DNA of 64,000 bases from the NCBI GenBank assembly GCA_963702915.1, contig OY969770.1:4768817-4832816 (forward strand), in the 5' to 3' direction. This document shows, in pieces, positions 10,260 through 19,499 of this stretch (position 1 is its first letter; each line of letters begins with the position of its first letter). The translations under genes and the position numbers were made by a program. The notes under the pieces are model-generated. The model had not been told where the DNA came from. It did not search any database and saw only the letters and a program-made list of their open reading frames with translations. The DNA is from Candidatus Acidiferrales bacterium. Its GTDB lineage: Bacteria > Acidobacteriota > Terriglobia > Acidiferrales > UBA7541.

Positions 10260-11422
10260 GCAAACAATTCTTGGGCGCGGCTCATGCGGTCAAAAACGTG
10301 GACGCCGTGAGGGCACTTGACGGTGCACTCATCGCAGTCGCCGCAACGCACGATCTTCTGCGCGACCGGCAGTTCCTGAAATCGTTCGCGGCCGAGCGCG
10401 AACTGGCCGTAGCCCTCGGCGTAGGTAAGGAAGCGCAGCGTGTCCTGGATCGGCAGCCCTTTCGCGCAAGTGCCTTCACAGTCTCCGCACAAGCGGCAAT
10501 ACAGCGGCGAGATTATCTCAAGCTTGGTGGCCAACAACTTCTCGTCTGTGCCGCCGAAGGGCTGTGCCATGGCCTTCAGATTTTCTTCCAACTGGTCCAT
10601 GTCCGTCATGCTGGGGATGGTTGTGGACACATTGGGGTTCTTCAGTGTCCACTTGAGCGCGGAAAGGAGGGCCCCCTCGCGATGTAGCTTCTCGAAAGCG
10701 GGATCTCCCGGTTTCAGGCTGCGGAAACCACCCGCCATCACTTTCATACCCACAACGCCCAAATTGCCCTTGGCGGCGGCTTCCACGGCCTGCTCCATGC
10801 CGCTATCCATGGTGAAGTTGTACGCCACCAGGACCACGTCGAACACGCCCTTCTGCGCCAGCCAGGGCAAGAGTTCCTTCTGGCCTGTATGCGTGCTGAC
10901 GCCGGCGAAGCGGATTTTTCCCTGCTTCTTGGCGATTTGCTGCGCTTCCATCAGGTCATCATGAACATCGGCCGGGCTGTCCTTGCCATGCAGGTACCAG
11001 ATGTCCACGTAATCCGTGCCGAGTTCCTGCAAGCTGGTGTCGAGTTCCTTCAATGCGGCTTCCTTATCCGGTGCGCCCGACTTCGTGGACAGTACGATCT
11101 GTTTACGCTTGCCTTTGAGCGCGGCGCCGACCATTTTCTCGTTGTTGCCGTGCTGATAGCCGCGCGCGGTGTCGAAATAGTTGATTCCCAGGTCCGCGGC
11201 GCGCGTAATCACGCTTGGATCGGAAGTAATCATGCAGCCGAATCCCAGGGTGGTGACTTTCAACCCCGTTTTGCCAAGGGTTCGGTAGTCCAGCTGAACG
11301 GGGCAATTGATGCTTGTAGGGGGCTTCTCGGACTGAAACAGTCCTACTTTGCTGGTCAAACCGAGTATTGGCAGAGCCAAGCCGGCGGATAAGAAACCAC
11401 GCCGCGATGTGTCGTATGTCAT
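10256..11422 (-). CDS. Aldo/keto reductase with C-terminal 4Fe-4S dicluster, Tat-like signal
   Basis: GFG, YFDTARGY, STK, YVDIWYLH; CRLCGDCEGTC and CGDCDECTVKCP; SRRGFL. Start moved to ATG 11422 after GGAGG. Confidence 0.9.
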   Translation of the reverse strand: MTYDTSRRGFLSAGLALPILGLTSKVGLFQSEKPPTSINCPVQLDYRTLGKTGLKVTTLGFGCMITSDPSVITRAADLGINYFDTARGYQHGNNEKMVGAALKGKRKQIVLSTKSGAPDKEAALKELDTSLQELGTDYVDIWYLHGKDSPADVHDDLMEAQQIAKKQGKIRFAGVSTHTGQKELLPWLAQKGVFDVVLVAYNFTMDSGMEQAVEAAAKGNLGVVGMKVMAGGFRSLKPGDPAFEKLHREGALLSALKWTLKNPNVSTTIPSMTDMDQLEENLKAMAQPFGGTDEKLLATKLEIISPLYCRLCGDCEGTCAKGLPIQDTLRFLTYAEGYGQFALGRERFQELPVAQKIVRCGDCDECTVKCPHGVHVFDRMSRAQELFA

Positions 11423-11494
11423 AGGAAGCCTCCGTTCCACCGACTACAATTGAAGATACCCTAGTCGTACGCGAGGGCAGTGACGGAGGACACA

Positions 11495-12631
11495 GTGGAT
11501 TTCTCACGTAGACACTTTTTCCAGCTAGCCGGGGCCGCGGGGGTCCTGTTGTGTTCCAAAGGTTCGAAGGGGTCGGAGCTATCTTTCCCGGAATCGTCCG
11601 GAGGAACTTCTCCAGCGAAAACCGCGCCGCCCATTTTTCCCTATCCGGAACGTTCCAAGGTTGCGCTGACCCACGGGGAGAACCGGCGGAAGAACGTTTT
11701 CGACGCTTTGGCGAGCATTGATGAAGAGGTTAAGGCGGGACTTCAACGGAAGAAATACGTCCTCATTAAGCCGAACAACGTCTCAACCGAAAAGCAGTTG
11801 GCATCCACACACGTGGACGCCATCAACGGGATTTTGGATTATCTCGCCCCGCGTTTCCGTGGTCCGGTGATGATTGCGGAATCCTCGGCGGGCGACACGC
11901 TGGAGGGTTACAGCAACCTGGGCTACAAGCCGCTGGAGAAGGATTGGCGCGCGCAGCAATTGAGTCTGGTGGACCTGAACCGGGAAGCGAAATATGAGAC
12001 GCACACGCTGATTGACTATGACCTGCACATTACACCCGTGCGTTTGGCTGCCAGGCTGTTCGATCCCGATGCATATGTGATTTGTTGCGCGGTCATGAAG
12101 ACGCACAACGCTGCGGTCGCTTCACTTTCCGTGAAAAATATGGCGCTCGGTGCGCCTTTGCATAGTCCTCCCGGCGACGGGCACTGGAGCGATAAGCGCA
12201 AGTACCATGTCGGTGTGCGCCAGATGCAATACAACATCATGCTCACGGCTCAGAAGATGCGGCCATTCTGGGGCGCGACGGTCATTGACGGCTACGAAGG
12301 TATGGAAGGAAATGGCCCTACGTCCGGCACACCGGTGAATTCGCGCCTGGCCATTGCTTCGACGGACTACATCGCGGCGGATCGCGTTGGCCTGGAAGTG
12401 ATGAGCATTAACAGCCAGTGGCCCGGGTACCTGGTTTACTGCGGCCAAATGGGGCTGGGCCAGTATGACTTGTCGAAGATCGACGTAATCGGGTCGTCAA
12501 TCGCGTCGGTGCAGAAAAAATACCGGCTGCATGCGGACATAGATCGGGAACTGCAGTGGATGGGACCGATGGAAGATTTGCCGCCAAAACTGGGCAGGCT
12601 CGATGAGAAGAGCGAATTCGTTTATGGATGA
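11495..12631 (+). CDS. DUF362 domain-containing protein, Tat signal
   Basis: SRRHFF; VLIKPN, VMKTH, SVKNMALG, VIDGYEGMEGNGP, AADRV motifs. GTG 11495 follows GGAGG (ORF track 11480). Confidence 0.8.
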   Translation: MDFSRRHFFQLAGAAGVLLCSKGSKGSELSFPESSGGTSPAKTAPPIFPYPERSKVALTHGENRRKNVFDALASIDEEVKAGLQRKKYVLIKPNNVSTEKQLASTHVDAINGILDYLAPRFRGPVMIAESSAGDTLEGYSNLGYKPLEKDWRAQQLSLVDLNREAKYETHTLIDYDLHITPVRLAARLFDPDAYVICCAVMKTHNAAVASLSVKNMALGAPLHSPPGDGHWSDKRKYHVGVRQMQYNIMLTAQKMRPFWGATVIDGYEGMEGNGPTSGTPVNSRLAIASTDYIAADRVGLEVMSINSQWPGYLVYCGQMGLGQYDLSKIDVIGSSIASVQKKYRLHADIDRELQWMGPMEDLPPKLGRLDEKSEFVYG

Positions 12632-12671
12632 GCGGCGTTCCCGAGGATGAAGAGGCTGAGATAGAGTCGCC

Positions 12672-13055
12672 TCACGTTACGTTCGCTGGGGTAGCACTCG
12701 GCGACATTTGTTGTCTGGATGCGACTAGGCCACCTGCCGCACCGCCTAGGATTTTCAAGGCATGAGCCAGGATGTATTGCCAAGGTTCGGGTTGGCCTTT
12801 GGTCAAACCGACGTAGATGAGTGTGGCGACTACTCCAACCAGAATTCCGTGCAAGACGAAGTGCGAATTGACCTTGCGCGAGACCCAGACAGCGAATAGG
12901 AAGCAGGCCACTAGAGAAGCGGGTGGTGCGACGTAGAGTAAGGGGTGCTGGCCCCATAACATTAAGACAGGAATTACGACGACGAAAACGGAGAATTCGG
13001 CTAGAAAGCCGCCCGCCAAGGCGCGTACCCAGTGGATTCTGCCAGAGGAACTCAT
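12672..13055 (-). CDS. Small four-TM membrane protein (TIGR04086-like)
   Basis: Four hydrophobic segments, HGILVG motif; start moved to ATG 13055. Confidence 0.65.
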   Translation of the reverse strand: MSSSGRIHWVRALAGGFLAEFSVFVVVIPVLMLWGQHPLLYVAPPASLVACFLFAVWVSRKVNSHFVLHGILVGVVATLIYVGLTKGQPEPWQYILAHALKILGGAAGGLVASRQQMSPSATPANVT

Positions 13056-13256
13056 CTGCACTCTCCCGCTTGAATTAGCAATGGAGCGGAATTGTAGCGC
13101 GAAAAGACATCCGAGGACGACCAAGTTCCGAATCGTCGCTGGCTGGCGCTCAGTGTAAAGAGGCGACCGCAATACCAGAACCACAACTTAATTATTTATT
13201 TCACCCAATATAATTACGTCTCACATGTACCGCAGGCATCTTGCTGGCAAGGAAAT

Positions 13257-13330
13257 CGCCGCCAAGATGGCGGCGCTACAGAGTGGCGACGGGACGTTTA
13301 AGGCGCCCGCCTCAGAAGGCGGCCGCTACA
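13257..13330 (-). repeat. Two tandem GTAG-type REP-like palindromes
   Basis: Minus strand reads GTAGcggccgccttctgaggcgggcg and GTAGcgccgccatcttggcggcg. Confidence 0.8.
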
Positions 13331-13352
13331 AGAGAACCGGACGATACTGACG

Positions 13353-14225
13353 TTAGTTGGAGTTGGACCAATCTTCTTCTAGGCGGCCCAGGGACTTGTG
13401 TGCGGCTTGGAGTTGATCGGCTAGGGGCGGGGCTTCGGGGCCGGATTTTTCTTTTAGTTCGAGGGTTAGGGGAAGATCGGCGGCGGCGGAAGCGGATTTT
13501 AGGATGGCTACGGCGGAGGGCCAATTGATGGTGCCTTCGTAGGGCGGGAGATGCTCGTCCTTTTCGCCGTGATTGTCGTGGATATGGGCGCTTATGACTC
13601 GATCGCGGAGGGAGTCGAAGGCTATAGCGATGCGGGTGTCTACGGGGCCTTCGGCTAGATTGGCGTGACCGATGTCGAAATTGAAGCGGACGGTAGTGAG
13701 GCGGGTTTCGTCCACAAAATTGCGGAGGTAGACGGGATCGCCCATTTCGCTGGGAGTGTTTTCGAGGCAGATGGTGACGCCGGCGTGGCGGGCGTGCAGG
13801 GTGAGATGTTCGAGGGAGCTGAAAGCGGCGTCGCGTTTGCGCGGGTCGGCGGTTTCGCGGGAGCCGCCCATGTGCAGGATCATGCGAGGGAAGGGGAGAT
13901 CGTCGGCGACGTCGAGGACGCGCTTCAGCTCGTCCATGGCTTCGATGCGGCGGACGCGTTCGACTTCGCAGATGGAGAGGGGCGTGCCGCCTTCGCGATT
14001 GAGGCTGAGGTCGCGGCTGGTGGGTGCATGGAGGGAAGCGAGTTGGAGGTGGCGATCAGCGAGGGATTGGGCGGTGGTGCGGACTTCCTGGGGGTTGGCG
14101 TAGTCGAAGTGGCTGCGGGTGGCGAAGATTTCGATGGCTTGAAAGCCGGAGGAGGAGATTTGGCCGAGGAGTTCGGGAGTTAGTTTTTTGGAGACGAAGA
14201 GGTAGGTGGAGAGGATTCGGAGCAT
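13353..14225 (-). CDS. Sugar-phosphate isomerase/epimerase-like TIM barrel
   Basis: IEIF, SLHAP, CLEN, NFDIGHAN, HIHDNHGEKDEHLPP motifs; start moved to ATG 14225. Confidence 0.85.
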   Translation of the reverse strand: MLRILSTYLFVSKKLTPELLGQISSSGFQAIEIFATRSHFDYANPQEVRTTAQSLADRHLQLASLHAPTSRDLSLNREGGTPLSICEVERVRRIEAMDELKRVLDVADDLPFPRMILHMGGSRETADPRKRDAAFSSLEHLTLHARHAGVTICLENTPSEMGDPVYLRNFVDETRLTTVRFNFDIGHANLAEGPVDTRIAIAFDSLRDRVISAHIHDNHGEKDEHLPPYEGTINWPSAVAILKSASAAADLPLTLELKEKSGPEAPPLADQLQAAHKSLGRLEEDWSNSN

Positions 14226-14436
14226 AGGTGGTGGGGATATTTTAGCGTGAAATTGGAGATTGCAGAGGGATTCCTCCATCCTGGTGCAACACGCGGGCGC
14301 CGATGAAACCGAGGGCCGGAGGTGATGGCCGCTGGTTGCCACGATCCCTCCGCCACATGGCCGACGTTCGCGCGGCGCGAACGAAAGACCAGGTCGGCCA
14401 TTCCGGTCGGGATGACGGGCTCTGCGTTGGGTGCCA

Positions 14437-16329
14437 CTAATAGCCGAGGGCGGAGCCGTTATCGCGGGGGTCGGCTGCGCCGCAACGGTCGCCGGATTTA
14501 GGGTCGATGCCGATGGCGTTGATCAGACCGATGTGGCCTTTGCGCTTGACGGCGTGGCCGCGCTGCTCGAGTTGCTCCTCCATTTCTGGCGAGAAGAGCT
14601 TTTCCATTTGGATTTCATCGGGGAGCCACTGGTGATGGAAGCGCGGGGCGTTGATGGCGGACTGCGCGTCCATACCGAGGCGCATCCAGTTCAAGATGCT
14701 GAGCAGGGTTACGGAAATGATGGTGGGACCGCCAGGGGAGCCGGTGACGAAGCTGAGCTGGCCATCGCGTACAAGAATGGTGGGCGTCATGGAGCTGAGG
14801 GGACGTTTGCCGGGGCCGATGGCGTTGGCTTCGGATTGAATTAGGCCGAAGAGGGCATTGGGGACACCAGGTTGTGTGGTGAAATCGTCCATCTCGTCGT
14901 TGAGAAGGAAACCGGCGGAAGAGGTGACGTGAGAGCCAAAACTGCCGTTGAGCGTGGTGGTGCTGGCGACGGCGTTGCCGGCGGCGTCCACGACGGAGAA
15001 ATGCGTGGTGTGCGGGCCTTCCCCGAGGCTGATGATGACTTGTGGCATAAGCCCACGCTCCTCAGGGGTTAAAACCCCTAAATCTGCGAGGCCTTTCGGC
15101 ACGGCTGAAGCCGTGCCCTCCCCGGAACTATCCACCAAACGTCCTCTCGTACAAAGGCCTTGATTGCAGACGTGGGGAGTGCCCGCATGGATGAGTTTGC
15201 TGGAGGAGGCGTGGAGGGGATCGATGGTGGCGAACAATTCTTTGGCGTAGCAGGGATCGGTGAGGCCAGCGACGGGAACATTGGCGAAATCGGGATCGGC
15301 AAGATAGGCGGCGCGATCGGCGAAGATGCGGCGCATAACTTCGACGACGAGGTGGACGCTTTGGGGATCGTGCCAGCCTTTGAGCGGCACATCCTGGAGC
15401 ATGTTGAGGCCTTCGATGATGGCGACGCCACCGGAGCTGGGGGGCGGAGAGGAGAGGACTTCCCAGCGATGAGAATCGATGGTGTAGCTGGCACGGAGGA
15501 CATCGCGGATTTTGGGTTGGTAATGCGCGAGGTCATCGAGAGTGATGAGGCCATCCAATGCGGCCATGTCGCGAGCGAGCATTTGTGCCGTTTCGCCTTG
15601 ATAGAACTCGGCAGGGCCATTTTTGGCGATGCGTTTGAGAGTGGCGGCGAGTTCGGGTTGGCGCAGCGTGTCTCCGGCGTGAAAGAGATTGCCACCGTTC
15701 AGGAAAATGCGGCTGCTCATGGAGAAGCGTTGCAGGTCGTGACGCTCTTTCTGGAATTCACGGACGAGTTTTTCGCTGACGGGAAAACCTTGTTCGGCGA
15801 GGAGGATGGCGGGTTGCATAACGTCGGCGAGCTTCATGGTGCCGTGCGTTTTCAGCGCAAGGGCGAGGCCTGCGACGGTGCCGGGAATGGCGACGGAACG
15901 ATAGCCGATGGTGGAGGCGGTTTCGTCCAGCTTGCCATCGGGTCTGATGTACATGTCGCGGGTTGCTTTTGCGGGAGCGGTTTCGCGGTAATCGAAGAAG
16001 GTGGTTTTGCCGCTGGCGAGGCGCACGAGCATGAAGCCGCCACCACCGATATTCCCGGCGGCGGGTTCGACGACGGCGAGGGCGAAGGCGGTGGCGACGG
16101 CGGCGTCAATGGCATTGCCACCGCGTTTCAGGATTTCCACGCCGGCTTGTGAGGCGAGCGGCTCGTCGGTGGCCACCATGCCGTGGGAACCGCGGACAGG
16201 TTCGCGCGGCCAGTCTTTCGGGATATTGAAGTGGTCGCGGAATTCGGCGGCGGATTGCGCGGCGGAAGGGGTTGAGAAGAGAATGGGTGAGAAAAGAGCG
16301 GTGGCTACGAAGAGAAGAGTGCGTTTCAT
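14437..16329 (-). CDS. ggt: Gamma-glutamyltransferase with an in-frame palindromic-element insertion
   Basis: GGNAIDAAVA, GIGGGG-like NIGGGGF, DYRE, autocleavage site H-TTHFS, NDEMDDF, LSSMTP, GSPGG; signal peptide. Confidence 0.93.
   Translation of the reverse strand: MKRTLLFVATALFSPILFSTPSAAQSAAEFRDHFNIPKDWPREPVRGSHGMVATDEPLASQAGVEILKRGGNAIDAAVATAFALAVVEPAAGNIGGGGFMLVRLASGKTTFFDYRETAPAKATRDMYIRPDGKLDETASTIGYRSVAIPGTVAGLALALKTHGTMKLADVMQPAILLAEQGFPVSEKLVREFQKERHDLQRFSMSSRIFLNGGNLFHAGDTLRQPELAATLKRIAKNGPAEFYQGETAQMLARDMAALDGLITLDDLAHYQPKIRDVLRASYTIDSHRWEVLSSPPPSSGGVAIIEGLNMLQDVPLKGWHDPQSVHLVVEVMRRIFADRAAYLADPDFANVPVAGLTDPCYAKELFATIDPLHASSSKLIHAGTPHVCNQGLCTRGRLVDSSGEGTASAVPKGLADLGVLTPEERGLMPQVIISLGEGPHTTHFSVVDAAGNAVASTTTLNGSFGSHVTSSAGFLLNDEMDDFTTQPGVPNALFGLIQSEANAIGPGKRPLSSMTPTILVRDGQLSFVTGSPGGPTIISVTLLSILNWMRLGMDAQSAINAPRFHHQWLPDEIQMEKLFSPEMEEQLEQRGHAVKRKGHIGLINAIGIDPKSGDRCGAADPRDNGSALGY
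15060..15119. repeat. Family A element inside the ggt CDS
   Basis: cctcaggggttaaaacccct...tcggcacggctgaagccgtgccct. Confidence 0.9.
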
Positions 16330-16457
16330 GATGAAGAGAAAACACTAAGGGATTCTGGGGAGAGGGTCAAGGAGGATGGAGAGAAGCAAGAAGGAAAGAG
16401 GTAATGAAGCAAAGAAATAAAGAAACAGAGAAGAAACGTAGGAAGAGAAACCCAATA

Positions 16458-16569
16458 GCACAGTCAGGAGTGACTGTGCCACAGGCTGAGTGGAGAAAAG
16501 GCACGGAGCTCCCGCCAGAATGTGGCGGGCCCAGTGCTACAGGCGCCAATCTAAAGATTGGCCACTACT
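16458..16569 (-). repeat. Mosaic of three REP-like palindromes (GTGG/GTAG/GTAG)
   Basis: gcacagtcaggagtgactgtgccac; cccgccagaatgtggcgggcccagtgctac; gccaatctaaagattggccactac. Confidence 0.8.
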
Positions 16570-16615
16570 CTTCAACCGGGGGAGTGAAGATTGCGAAGTG
16601 GGGAGTACACACAAA

Positions 16616-17488
16616 CTACTCTTCGAGGAATTCGATTTGGGGAGGGCCGGGGAGTAGGCCGGCGGCGGTGCCGCGTTCGATGAAGGCGCGGACGGCTTTC
16701 TTGCCTTTTTCGCCGTAGCCGAGGGTCCACTTGTTGACGTACATGCCGACGAACTTGTCGGCGAGTTCGGGATCCATATCGCGAGCAAATTGCATAGCGT
16801 AGTTGAGGGCTTCTTCGCGATGTTCGAGGCCGTAGGTGACGCTGTCGCGAATGGTTTTGGCAATCAAGCGGCCGAGGTCGGGACCAAGTGCGCGGCGGAC
16901 GGCGTTGCCGCCGAGTGGGAGGGGAAGAGCGGTTTGTTCCTGCCACCAGATGCCGAGATCAATGACGCGATGCAGGCCGAGTTGCGGGAAGAAGAGCTGG
17001 CCTTCATGAATGAGCAGACCGGCTTCAACCACATTGTTCTTGACGGCTTCAATGATTCTGTCGAAGGGCATAACGACGGCTTCAAAATCGGGCTCAAAAA
17101 GCTTCAAGGTGAGATAGGCGGAAGTTTTCAGGCCGGGGACGCCAATGCGCCTGCCCTTGAGCTCCTGGGGCTTCAGGGAATTTGTGGAGACGACGATGGG
17201 GCCGTAACCTTCGCCGAAGCTGGCGCCTGTATCGAGGAGGATGTAATTGTCGCGCAGGGAAGGATAAGCGGCAAAGCTGAGGGCGGTGACGTCGTAGGTT
17301 TCCGAAAGGGCGGCTTCATTGAGGGCCTGGATATCGGAAAGGACGTGCGTGTATTTATAGCCCGGAGTGGGGAGCTTATGGGTGGCCAAGGCATAAAACA
17401 TGAAGGCGTCGTCAGAATCGGGAGAGTGGGCGAGCTTGATCTCGCGGGGTTCCTTCTCGGTCTTGGATGCCGTTTGTGTTCCAGCCAT
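16616..17488 (-). CDS. mqnD: 1,4-dihydroxy-6-naphthoate synthase (MqnA/MqnD/SBP family)
   Basis: AHSPDSDDAFMFYAL, GLLIHEG, DLGIWW, LPLPLGG motifs. Confidence 0.8.
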   Translation of the reverse strand: MAGTQTASKTEKEPREIKLAHSPDSDDAFMFYALATHKLPTPGYKYTHVLSDIQALNEAALSETYDVTALSFAAYPSLRDNYILLDTGASFGEGYGPIVVSTNSLKPQELKGRRIGVPGLKTSAYLTLKLFEPDFEAVVMPFDRIIEAVKNNVVEAGLLIHEGQLFFPQLGLHRVIDLGIWWQEQTALPLPLGGNAVRRALGPDLGRLIAKTIRDSVTYGLEHREEALNYAMQFARDMDPELADKFVGMYVNKWTLGYGEKGKKAVRAFIERGTAAGLLPGPPQIEFLEE

Positions 17489-17835
17489 AGGGATTAAGGT
17501 TCCTCAGCCCCGGGGGAAGCACGCAGAGTGGGCTCGACACCTGTACGACGCTCCAGTGAGAAAGGATAGGTGGGTCGAGCGACGTTGGGACGAGCGTGGC
17601 TTTCGGCCGGGCTAACAGTTGCAGGAGAGAGACTAGCATAGACGGGGGGGCAAATAAACAGGCTGGGAGTCGGACGGGGAGAGGAAGTAAAGGAGGTAAA
17701 CGACAAGAAGAACTTCTTGCTGCGCGGTGCGAGAGCGTAAGAGCTAAGAAGTATAAAAGTGTAAGGGTATAAGAGTATAAGAGTGAAACGGTGCGACCGT
17801 GCAAGAGTTTGGAAGGGTAAGAGGGGGAGCGGGGG

Positions 17836-18927
17836 TTAGACGGCGGAGACTAGATGGGCTATGGCGTCCTCGAAGGTCACTTTGCCGTCGAGATAGGGCT
17901 GCCAATAGACGACCAGGAGGCGAGAATACTCTTGCCAGCCGCGCTGGGTGAGTTTTTCGCGCAGACCAGGAGGGACAGTGGAGGCGGTGTGGCGCTCGGC
18001 GGGGATGTCACCTTGTAGCGTATCATCCTGTGCGCCTTGGAGGACTGGGCGGAGGACTTCACTGGTTGTGAAAAAGATCAGGGCGTGCCAGAGGTCGCGC
18101 GGGATGGGTTTGTCGCGCTGGCGGCACTCGCGGGAGATGGCATCTTCGACGGGGCGAGCGATATCGTGAGAAGCCTCGTGGAAGAGGACCTCGAGGGCTT
18201 CGGGGCCCTGGTTGCGAGGATCCGTGCTGGCGATGGTGACGCGAAGAGGGTCGAGGGTGGTGTAAGCGCCGGCGGAGTTGGCGAAGGCGCAGACTTCAAC
18301 GCGGATTTTGTCCTTGGGCCATTTGGATTGGTATATATCGGCGAGGCGCTCGGAGAGACCCACGCCCTGTTCGCGGACGAGAGGAGCGACGCGCACGACC
18401 CAGCGGCGATTGGCGCGATCATGGTCGGGCCACCAGTGGGCCCGATAGATGGGAGCGGCGGCTTCCAGAATGATGCCGACATTTCCGGGAAGGCCGGCGT
18501 CGCAGGCGCGATTCTTCCTGCCGGTGAGTTCGTTGCAATCCTCAAAATCGCCGAGCTGGTCTTTCAAGAGAATCAGATCAATGTTAATGAGGAGATCTTT
18601 GGGAGAGTAGTTCGAAACGTAATAGGAAACGGCTTGATCCCAGATGCGCTGCTCGGCGGGGGAAAGAACAGGCTGAGAGCCGGGTGCCAGTTTTAGCACG
18701 GGTCCAGAGGGCTTGGCGGTGGTGTCGCGCGCGTCTTTGGCGGCTTCGCGGGCCCTGGCTTCGTGATAGAGGAAGTGATGGAGATTGACCCAGAAGCCGC
18801 TGTGAAACTCAAAGACTGGCAAGGGACCATAAATGGAGTCGACCTGTTGCGGGAAAGACAGGGGAGCGGCGGCGGAAAGGAGGCCGAGGGTAAAGAAGAC
18901 GAAACCGCGAAAAAGGGCAAGGCGCAT
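17836..18927 (-). CDS. Secreted hypothetical protein with HExxH motif (possible zinc peptidase)
   Basis: Signal-like N-terminus from ATG 18927; LFHEASH. Confidence 0.65.
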   Translation of the reverse strand: MRLALFRGFVFFTLGLLSAAAPLSFPQQVDSIYGPLPVFEFHSGFWVNLHHFLYHEARAREAAKDARDTTAKPSGPVLKLAPGSQPVLSPAEQRIWDQAVSYYVSNYSPKDLLINIDLILLKDQLGDFEDCNELTGRKNRACDAGLPGNVGIILEAAAPIYRAHWWPDHDRANRRWVVRVAPLVREQGVGLSERLADIYQSKWPKDKIRVEVCAFANSAGAYTTLDPLRVTIASTDPRNQGPEALEVLFHEASHDIARPVEDAISRECRQRDKPIPRDLWHALIFFTTSEVLRPVLQGAQDDTLQGDIPAERHTASTVPPGLREKLTQRGWQEYSRLLVVYWQPYLDGKVTFEDAIAHLVSAV

Positions 18928-18980
18928 ATACGAAAAGGGAATGGTAGCGTACTTCCGGGTTGCGGCGAAAGGAAGCTGGG

Positions 18981-19310
18981 TCAAAATTCCTGATTGGATT
19001 CGGTCAACCAACGGTCGAGGATAGCTCGTTGTTCCGCAGACACCTCGACAAAGGCCACGCCCATGCCCAGACCGTAGCTGACGTAGACGACACGGCCGAG
19101 GGCTTCAAAGATTTCGTTGTGATGGGTGATACGCAGGCGGACCTGGGAACCCTGGGGGACGGGATTGAGTGTATCAATGTAGCAGCCGGTGCGGCTGATG
19201 TCAGAAGTGCGCGCAGTGAGGCGAGCGCCGCGAGGGAGTTCCACCACATCCGCGGCCAACACCATCTGGTATCGTGGCGCACTTCGCCGCTCTACCGTTA
19301 CATCCGGCAT
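18981..19310 (-). CDS. PilZ domain protein
   Basis: RRSAPRY (RxxxR) and DISRTG (DxSxxG); start moved to ATG 19310. Confidence 0.88.
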   Translation of the reverse strand: MPDVTVERRSAPRYQMVLAADVVELPRGARLTARTSDISRTGCYIDTLNPVPQGSQVRLRITHHNEIFEALGRVVYVSYGLGMGVAFVEVSAEQRAILDRWLTESNQEF

Positions 19311-19499
19311 CTCGCATCTCCAGTCAAACCGGCCGAGGCTGGTTTGTCTGCCGAGAGAGGCGCAAAGCACACAAGCGCGTGCTTCGCCGGAAGCCGGATG
19401 GTCCCCCTTCATTTTGGCGCGAGGAGAAATGGGTCGCAAGAGCAGCGATGCGATTCAGGCGAAAGGGTCAACGGCAATGTTTCAATTCGGGGCAGTACT

